A stretch of DNA of 64,000 bases from Octopus vulgaris (Eukaryota): positions 86,614,001-86,678,000 of the forward strand of contig OX597816.1 in NCBI GenBank assembly GCA_951406725.2, in the 5' to 3' direction. Shown here one piece after another: positions 53,932 to 64,000 of the stretch; the first letter of the stretch is position 1, and each line of letters opens with the position of its first letter. Both the position numbers and the translations under genes were made by a program. Below the pieces are notes generated by a model. That model was not told where the DNA came from. It saw only the letters and a program-made list of their open reading frames with translations, and did not search any database.

Positions 53932-55487
53932 TAAATAACTATTACGTTTTGAAAGTTTTTTATTCCCATGCTGGCCACCTGATAAGATCTGTATCTAAAT
54001 ATCGATCTTATCCTATATATATATATATACATGTTGTGCGTTCGCGCGCGCGTGTGTACATGTATCTGGTTGCTTGAACATAAGCGTAGATTTTCAAAAT
54101 TGTTTTGAAGTAAATTAACTTCTCCGCTTTTCGACGATTTTTAACAGATAACTTCGTATGTATTGAAGCGAAAACGTTTGAATAACGACGACTGGAATCC
54201 TCGTGATCATGCAAGCCCGTTCATTTCTTATTTCACATATTTGGAATCACAGTGGTGGAAAACAGACTGGCGACTGTGTTACATGTAAATTGTATATTCC
54301 ATTGGTCAGTTCTCATTACATTGTGGAAAAATACTTGAAGCGTTAGAGCAGGTGGGACATTAATGTCAATAAGTCATCAAGTCATTTTTATCCTGCCAGA
54401 AAAATCTGTGATTAAGTAAATGTGCGAAGTGCTTTTTATATTAATTAAAGTTTTAACGTCTGTTGGTCTGTTATAGTCGACCCTAATCTAACTCGCCATT
54501 CTTTAAAACAGTTTATCAAAAGACAATAATTCCACCACATCAGGTCATGTGTTTAGACAAATCTATTTGGTTCTGTATACGTCACTCTTAGAAAATATGT
54601 AGGCATCACTTTAGTTTTCTTCAGATGTTTTTATAAGTCCAATACCGAAGCAGAGAAACAAAGGTTCATTATTTTCTGAATAACTTGTTCCGAGTGAGCC
54701 TAAAGGTTACATTCATGGGGGCAACACAAATTGCAAACTAGAATAGTACAAGTGTTGATTTATCATTGAAACGATTCAGAGTAAAGTTTACCTGTTTCGC
54801 AATAGCATACAGAGATCTCAAGATCATGATCACTATCGTGGAATACATGAACAATCATAATTGCAAAGATATGGCGAATATATTTCGTAGAATCCTGTTG
54901 TAAGACTTCATACCCGTGTATGCGGGCATCACAACTTTCCCAAATTCTCCGCAGTACATGCATTTATACGCAGTAATATACATCTACATACAAATATATA
55001 TATATATATGTGCACAAATGTGTGGGTGTATGCACGCTCTAACGTGCAAACACATATATCATCATCATCATTGTTCGACCGTGGTCGAGACGCATATAAT
55101 ACAGAGCTTATGGTAGCTATAATTAAATATTACTTTCCGTATGGTCATGTAAGTGGCAAGAACATTTATTTCAGTTGATCTTAATAATTTCGGCATCCAG
55201 TAGTTACGATGCGCTATAAAATTTTACTTTATATAAAGATCTTAACAAAGCTGATAAGTAGGATCAAAGAATTTTTAAATAATAGTTAATTTATAGTAGA
55301 TAAATTACTATTGTACTGGAGTCAGTTATATGAATAAAACTCATAAATGAAACACAATTTTTTATTAATATTCAAGCTTAAAGTCTCTTAGACTTGAATG
55401 TAGTCTTCAAATAGCAGCATTAGAAAAGTGTCAAAGAGCTGCATTTTTATGTGCGTCTCAGTGTGTACTATTTAACGCGCGTGCCTG

Positions 55488-55700
55488 TGAAGGGGTGCTG
55501 AAAAGTTCATTGCGTTAAGGGTATTGTGAAAGGTCTGGTTGACGACCCTCATTTTTGAGTTCTTTTACAAGTCTTAGAAAAACTGAAGGAACGCTGCAAT
55601 GTGTGAATCTTAGAGGGGAATATGTTGAATAAAATCATGATTGACTGATACCCCTGTATTTTCTTTTACACAAAGTCAGGAATTTTCCAACACTTCGTAT
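55488..55700 (+). mobile_element. Degenerate mariner-derived MITE
   Basis: Ends GAAGGGGTGCTGAAAAGTTC / GAATTTTCCAACACTTCGTA; internal CVNLRGEYVE*-like transposase tail. Confidence 0.55.
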
Positions 55701-55840
55701 ATGTGGGAGAAAAGGTTATCATTAGAATTTTAACTTACGAAAACAAACTCACTGGAATCATTTTAGAATGAGCGTAACTGTAATATTAATATATTACTAT
55801 GTCACTCATTGTGCCATGCTAATATTTCCTGGTTACCAAA

Positions 55841-56280
55841 GGCGGCGAGCTGGCAGAAACGTTAGCATGCCGGGCGAAATACTTAGCGGTATTTCGTCTG
55901 CCGCTACGTTCTGAGTTCAAATTCCGCCGAGGTCAACTTTGCCTTTCGTCCTTTCGGCGTCGATAAATTAAGTACCAGTTACGCACTGCGGTCGATATAA
56001 TCGACTTAATCCCTTTGTCTGTCCTTGTTTGTCCCCTCTATGTTTAGTCTCTTGTAGGCAATAAAGAAATAAAAACATTAGCACATCGAACGAAATGCTT
56101 AGCGGTATTTCGTCTGTTTTTACATTCTGAGTTCAAATTCCGCGGAGAACGGCTTTGCCTTTCATCCTTTCGGGTACGATAAATTAAGTACCAGTTGCGC
56201 ATTGGGGTCAATCAAATCGACTGGTCCCCCCACCCCCACCGGAAAGAAATTGAGACCTTGTGCTTAGAGTAGAAAAGAAT
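55841..56280 (+). mobile_element. Two tandem SINE family B copies (full 55841-56070; 5'-truncated 56075-56280) with different 3' tails
   Basis: Two GAGTTCAAATTCCGC...CCTTTC.TCCTTTCGG..GATAAATTAAGTACCAG cores. Confidence 0.88.
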
Positions 56281-56874
56281 ATTTCCTGATGCCTCTATTA
56301 CAGATAGAGACGTTCTATGAATTTCGCATTCACTTACACGCAAACCAACAAACAGGTAGTTCTATAGATGAAGAGCGAAAATCTCATTTAACTTTCAGTG
56401 TAACTAGTTCATCAAGCTTGTAGATTTTGTAGCAGTCTAGTATATATTGACACTCAAAACAATATTTGATTTCTTTCAATTTACCTTTTTGTTTTTAATT
56501 CATTCATAATTTTATGCTTTTTTTAATTTCTTATCATCCTTTATCCTCTAATTTATATCTGTGATATATTTTATAATTATTTTTCTTCTCCTTCCTTTTT
56601 TAATGTTTCTTTGCTTTCCATGTACTTTTTCAGCCATTTTGAGTTTATTTAGGGGATAACTACCACTGATATATATATTTGTATGTGTGTAATATTTAAT
56701 TCTCGCCGAGTTAATCTCTTGCTATCCTGAGGTTTGCATGTGGGTGCACAAGACCCTGTGTACTCACAATCGAAATTCGGCGAAGCCAGAGACTCTACTA
56801 TAGTATTGAGTTCTTTATTGTTCAGACAGTCAACACTAAACACTGTAATGTCACTAAACACTGTAATGTGGTGC

Positions 56875-56955
<81 letters not shown>

Positions 56956-57683
56956 TAGTAGTAGTAGTAGCAGCAGCAGTGGCAGTGGTGTTGCTGGTGG
57001 TGCTGGTAGTGTACACGAGTTATGATTTAGAAACTATACTTGGGCATGAAGACATAATTGCAGAGTTTGAGAAAAACCTATGAACGAAGCAGATCGACAC
57101 TTCTTCCAATAAATAAATCACTAGATCCCAAAATAGACTTTACACTTCCTCTGGTATTTGCAATGTCATGCTCTACTTAGAATTCGATCAGTCTAAACAT
57201 ACATTCTAATTAAGAATGTATATTTGCTTCATAACAACTTCTATCACAGGCACGAGGCCAAATATTTAGGGAGGCGGAAACGGTTGATTTTTGAAACTTC
57301 ATACGTTATTCAGTACTTTGTTTCATTGCTGGCTGTGGGACTTGAACTTAAAATATCAAGTGCCACTCAACACTTTAAACATTCTGGCAAATCACAAAAC
57401 TATAAAATGTATCACAATACGAGTGAATATGACGGTTATAAATTACATGTATGAATAGTTGGAAGTCTGATTACTGACTGACATAATCTTCATGATGTTT
57501 ACCAGCCCTCTCGTATCGCATGTAGGTCGAATATGCTTTTCATTTCTACGAAACGATCTTATATGAATAAGTCATATTGATACTATATCTTTAATCTGAC
57601 CTCATACAGCTTTGTATCTTCATGTATATGAAATCTTTCAGTTTATTTATTTTTTATCAAAGTGCTTTTAATTTGTTCTCGGA

Positions 57684-57978
57684 GGCCCATGGCCTAGTGG
57701 TTAGAGCAGCGGACTTGCGGTCGAGGGATCGCGGATTCGAATCTCAGTCCGGACGATGTGCGTGTTTATGAGCGAAACAACTGAGCTTCACGCGACCCCG
57801 GCAGGACGTAATTGCGAACTTCTGCAGACTCTTTCGCGACATTTTTCTCTCACTCTTTCCTCCTGCACCATGCAGCTCACCTGCGACAGACCGGCGTCCC
57901 GTCCAGGTGGGGAACCTATACGCTAAGGAAACCGGGAAATAGGCCCTTATGAGCCAGGCATGGCTCGAGAAGGAACAA
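57684..57978 (+). mobile_element. tRNA-headed SINE of a fourth family
   Basis: TGGCCTAGTGGTTAG (A box) and GGATTCGAATCTC (B box) followed by ~220 bp of non-tRNA body. Confidence 0.7.
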
Positions 57979-58878
57979 ATGATCTTTTAGCATTATCTAT
58001 TCATATTTCCTTTTAGATAATTCTATAAAACACTATGTTCATTTGAAAAAGTGTTTGTGTCTCGAAACCAATATTCCAAGATGACATTCCATACATTTTT
58101 AGGGAGGATATTAAATCACTTGCAACACTTTACTGTTTGGTGAACCTGTTGTTTTGAAGAAAAGAATGAAGAATAACCAGTACTAGGAGTTGAGATTCAG
58201 GTAAACCTGACTTACAAGACTTCTGATGAAAAGGATTAACAACATAGGTCATTCTTCCATATATGCTGAGTTCAAATCTTCGCGAAGAAAATTTTGACTT
58301 TCATTTTTCCAGGGTCGATAAAATAAAACACCGATCAACTGTTGAGGTCAACATAATCGACATTTACCTTTACTTACCAAATATTTGTCAATATTCTGTA
58401 CTTTGGACAAAATATTCTACACCTATTGTATAACAATAGGTATTAGTTTGAGAAAGATTTAGCCGATATTTTTAACATGCGAGCGACTACACAGGGTTTT
58501 CTAAATGTATATCTCATGAGACAATGTGTAGCCAACTTAAACCAGGTCACTGAATCTGATGTGAGTAAAATATCTTCACAATTGCCCGTCAGTTCCATTA
58601 AATTTTACTCCTGACACGTTCGTTTCCTATAGCAATTCGATCAAATTATATTCTTTTTATTAAATCTCAAATCTTGAACTGCAATAGGGAAAATGTTAAT
58701 TCGTCCTGTTCTATTGTATCATACTTTTTTTTTCTCCCAGAATTACGTTCTTGACAGTGTAATCTATTTTTATTGTATTTATGGTAAATGTACCAAATAG
58801 AGAAGATTCTCTTCCATTGCACTGTAATATAATATGTCACTTCAGTGACACAGACTTCGGGGAAAAGGACCGAATCTT

Positions 58879-58962
<84 letters not shown>

Positions 58963-59016
58963 CACATATATATATATACACACATATATATGCATGTATA
59001 TATGCATATATAAATG

Positions 59017-59082
<66 letters not shown>

Positions 59083-59623
59083 TGTATGTATGTATATATG
59101 TATGCATATATGTATACGTATTGCTTAGTGCTGAAGTATTATTTTTTCCTAAACCTGTCTGAAACATTGCTGCATTTTGATTGAAATCAAGAATTTTCTT
59201 CCAATAGCATTCTATAGACACACGGACAGCCTCTCAGCACATTTCCGTTGACGTCAACGTCTTGAAAATGGAATTATAGAAGTTCAGTACTAGCGACTTC
59301 AGTTGTTGATGTGGTTTGTGTTGTTGCTCTCCTTCTTCATCACTGCGTTATCCATGATCGAGGAAATCGGCGGATTTGCAGATCGGGCTAATATGATCAA
59401 AGGCGTCCCAAACTTGACTATCTCGTTTATGATATAAGATTGAAATATTCTAGGTGCTTTGGATGCTATTATTTCTAGCTTACTACTCAGAGGCTTGATT
59501 TATTCCTAAGTTTCTTCTAAAGGCTTTATTAAAGTGTCTCAACTTGATCTACTTCTCGTAAATAGAAAATCGGAGAAATGTATCATTCAGAATTCAACAT
59601 GAAGAATCCTGTGAATTATATTG

Positions 59624-59703
<80 letters not shown>

Positions 59704-60937
59704 TGTTGTTGTTGTTGTAGTTGTAGTAGTTACAGTGCTTCGCTGTATCTAACATTTGTTGGTGATTCCCTCCTCCTGGAAGATGACGCCTCTGCACCAT
59801 TCAGGCCAAAACCTTGCAACCCATGTATCCGTTTGGGTATTCATTGTTGGTGAGACTGTTACGATGTCGGAGTGCAAATCCTACCTCAACCTCTTTTAGC
59901 CGTCTTTCACAACACTCAGAGAAAGCTTTTGACATGCCGGCCCCACACAGCGCATATCACCGATTAATATAGTTTGGAAATGCCGGATCAAGGACAAGAA
60001 CACAATCGAAATGACTAGATAATCTGACGGAGTAATTTACCATCTGGAATCTTAAGATCTGGACTTTCACTTATAGGATAACACAATGATTCATTCTTCA
60101 TATTTTGAAAAAGGAAACAATTAATTAAGCCCTATATGCATCAAGAAATGGTTTTCCTCAAAACAGCTGAATAAAATCAAAGTTGCAGAGTATGTTTTGT
60201 TTCGTAATATTTTCCTATATCTTTCGAACTTTGTGACAGCAAACCCACATAAAATATAGAATAGTCTAGGCTAGAATATTTATCAATTGAGTAGGTTATC
60301 CTTCATTTGGTATCGATGGGCAGAAAATATGTTCAGCACGAGAGAAATCATGTAATAAAAACAAAAACAAAAAAATACACGATAGTTTTCGCAAGATGTG
60401 AAGAACACAAGAGAAAACAAAATTTCTCACGAAATGAACCATGTTCTGCACTTGTTATAAGAGAGAGTGTGAAATTGCCTCTGGCTAACTTTAGCGTCTG
60501 GACTAGCTCTGAAGTCAGCAGGTGCGAAACTTGACTAAATAACTAAATTTCGTTTTCCAAAGTAAGTCCTGCTAACTGCAACTTTCATTCCTTTCTTTTC
60601 TGTGTCTACTGGAATTATACAGATGTTAACCATTCTGTTTATTTGAACTGACACTTAACACCATTTTCCTTCACGCACATATTCTCTCTCACTACACAAA
60701 CACACAGACACGCGCACACACATACATGTACACATATATATATATGTATACACACACATCTTTAGCATAAGCGTCTATCATAATCATCTATTTGATTGTA
60801 TAATTTCTGTTTCAAACTCTTGAATATATTTGTAACTATTTACCTGCCCTTTCATGTCTATAATTGTTTAACTCACTATTGTGTGAGCGCCGTATATCTA
60901 CATATACATGTACACAAAATTACATACTTACATATAC

Positions 60938-61023
<86 letters not shown>

Positions 61024-62599
61024 TAGGGAATAACAATTCCGGCATAATAGAGGTTCAAATTATTCTCAGTGAAGAAATATATTTTAATTTAGAGATAGTA
61101 TACCCCTACTTCTCACCAAATAAAAATAATTTTTATTTTTATTTTAAATACCTACTGTTTTATTCCTTGGCAACACGTGTTTCATGAGGTATATCCTCGG
61201 GTTCCTAAACCACTCCGTGTTTCACTGGAACCTCTCTCAAGATGTCACCCCAATCTTCAGCCCCTTATAACTAACTTTATCAACGTTCAATACAATAAAC
61301 TATATTTTAATTTTTAAATCCCCTAAATATGTTTAAATTAGGTATGTTTAGTTTCCCAGTAGAAGCCATAATTCAGATAAAAATTCAAATAAAGATAAAA
61401 AGTTACAGAAATAAAAGATACACGAATAAAGTAAGGAATAATAATCGCAAAAAATATACGAAAATTTACAAAAACTATGTTAGCTATATATAGTGTTCCA
61501 AATAAAATTAAATTTACAAATACTATTTTAATAATATATAAAAGAAATGTGAATAAAAACGAAAGGAATACGAATAAAATTAAATACGAGTAAAAATAAA
61601 ATACGAGGAAAAATTAAAATTAAAATTAAAATAAAGATAGCAAAGAAAAATATACACGAATAAAAGTTAATAAACATAGAGGCAATTACGAAGAGATAAG
61701 TTCAAATAAAAGAGCTATAGTTCCAATACGAACTGTAAAATTTCAACTGATACGAATGGTAACTTTTTTTTAAAAATTTCAAGTGATGCGAATGGTATAT
61801 TCACTGCTTATAAAAAATACTACCTAGATTATAATTTTATTAATATATAATTAGTATGTTTCTTTACCTCAATATTCCTTTATTAATACAAGTATATACC
61901 AATTAATCAATATTTACAGATACCATCTGATGAGTTAGTATTTAAGTGTACAATATGTATAAATATTAAACTATTTCTGGATAATTTCGTTTCCTCCCTG
62001 TATTGTGGTAAAAGTTAGGTATATACTCAAAAGTATTCATAAATTTCTATCCTTTTGTTATAATTTTCTTCTTAATAATCCTTTGAATAGCCCCAAACTT
62101 TAACTGTATACAATACATCAACATTGTTTAAAATATTTAAGTATAGTATTACATGATAAGACTTCTACAATTACAAAGCCTTCAAAATGTTCACTTGTCA
62201 GCTGATTAACAATGGAAAATTTCTCATATGATTTATGGTTTGTGTCTAGAAGCTCAGATACTACTGAGTTACTTTCATGAAATCAATCATTGTATGTACA
62301 GAAGCTCGAAATATTGGCAGCTGTGGCATATGTTGTTTTAAATCTGACCAACCATGAAATATTAAGCGTTGAATTTGTAAGGATTTACAGTAAGATGCAT
62401 ATAACGTCGAATATACATATTTGGCAACATTCAGCCGTTTCAGCATTTCCAACTCATTTGTTGAAAATTTTTTCTAACAACCAACTTTGAATAATTTAAT
62501 GGAACCAGATGGGGATTCAACCAAATGCAGACCCAAATAAGATTCTAATGTTAAAGAATTAACTAATATCAGGTTTATCTATCATAACAAAATCAGTAA

Positions 62600-63130
62600 G
62601 ATGTCATTTGTCGACCACGAGTAAGTACAATAAATCTGTGCTTTCTGTTGGAGCTGTGTATCACAAAGCCAATTTCGGAAAATAGCTACAGACTAGAAAG
62701 GCCATTACTATTCATTTCATCTATGCAGACGCGCTCCAAGCTATTTCCCGTATTCCAGTCACAACTTATTCTGGCATTAAATTCGCCATAGAGGATAATT
62801 TGTTTGTCAGTTGGTATAGAAAGAATAGCGTAGCTAATAATCACGCGGAGAAGAAATAGAGTTTTATTTTTTTTAAAGAGTTGTTGAAGAGACATAGAAA
62901 GTCACATGAGGACTATAAGATATCGCAAAGCAGATTTTAATGATCCAGTGGTTGAGATCGTATAAGTAATCTTCCTCACATTTTTTATGTTCCGGTTCAC
63001 CGAACCAAAAGAAACTCGAGCCACAGCCCATTTCACGTAGTTTATATTCACTAAGAATCGTGTCTCAGAACGAGCACCAATATCGATCTTTAGCGCTTTC
63101 TCACTATTGTCTGTTGAAATGAGGGCAGTA
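62600..63130 (-). mobile_element. Degraded APE-endonuclease region of an RTE-like LINE
   Basis: DKQIILYGEFNARIS..EMNSNG resembles the GDFNA and NxNG motifs; GALSETR-like motif near 63065. Confidence 0.55.
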
Positions 63131-64000
63131 CACACGAGCACACATACATACACACACATATATATACAGTGGGGTGAAATCTTTATATTATACTTGTTTC
63201 AATCATAGGATTTCGGCCATGTTGGGACACCGCCAACAAGGCCTTAATCAAACAGAGTGACACCAGTACTTTTTAAACTCTAGTACTAGCCTAATCGGTG
63301 TTACTAAGTAGCAGAGACCCGAACAGACCAGCACCCGTTACCAAGCGAGTGTGGCGCACAAACGTATGCACGGAGATACATACATAGATATATGCACACA
63401 GAAACACATACTCACACATATACACGCACACATACTCGCACAAGCACCCCCATACACAATAAAGTTTTGAGAGGAGACTTTAAAGTGCAGTGTTCAAAAC
63501 ATGTTTTTTGTATGTTCCAATTAGTATGTCTGCAGAGCACGTTCACCACTTACGTTTACGTCAGGATACTGACACAGGCCCAGCCACCAAGTCTACAGGC
63601 GTGAACTACACACCCGTCAAATTTTCAACCACGTTGCCACGGATGACACGCACGGCGGAATAACAAAGCGCTCCACAACCTGTTGAGAGCTTTTCCTTCA
63701 AAACCCCTTTCTGACCTTCCTATTCATTCTTTGCATTAGAGTTTTCTATTTTTTACCATTCCCTCAATGTACACCAGTCACCCTACCTCATTAATGTATT
63801 TGTGACTGCTTTAAAGCGCAAGTAGGCTACCAGCGTCCTGTCACACATATTAGCGTAATGTACATCTTATAACACTGATACTCATTATGTAACCTGAGGA
63901 GAGTTCTTCTGCACTGTGGGGTGCATTCCATGTCAATATATCGTCCTCCCACAACGGAGCAGAAGTAAGCCGAAACAACCGTTATGCTTAATACGCATCA

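Noticed and set aside
57684-57755. Functional tRNA gene
   Set aside because: A/B boxes present but acceptor stem not convincing, no T-run terminator, and it continues into a SINE-like body; same reasoning for 10750-10821
61170-61204. Hammerhead-like GAAA-CACGTG motif on the minus strand
   Set aside because: No CUGANGA box separable from stem II and no stem I; too degenerate to support
63600-64000. Possible CR1/L2 LINE 3' remnant
   Set aside because: Only vague peptide resemblance; not supportable without a search

Overview
AT-rich, microsatellite-dense eukaryotic non-coding DNA. The SINE, LINE and simple-repeat content looks like an octopus genome (inference from repeat style, no database search). 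I can support no host exon; nearly all listed ORFs are microsatellite translations. The window holds at least three tRNA-headed SINE families, a Helitron helicase remnant, RLE-type (R4/Dong-like) LINE fragments embedded in (TAA)n, RTE fragments, Tc1/mariner MITEs, and Penelope-type fold-backs with hammerhead-like motifs. The standout is 28737-35012: three ~2-kb minus-strand elements in head-to-tail array. Each encodes only a Gag/ORF1-like protein (RRM-like region, one CCHC knuckle, basic tract, unrecognised ~90-aa C-terminal domain) with no reverse transcriptase. All three sit at the same motif, GGTAAG(G)AAGCTACTT, inside the tRNA-like head of a single SINE, and the motif recurs at all four junctions. 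The copies are divergent mosaics rather than simple duplicates. This suggests a sequence-specific, non-autonomous, ORF1-only (HAL1/HeT-A-like) retroelement family that parasitises a SINE.
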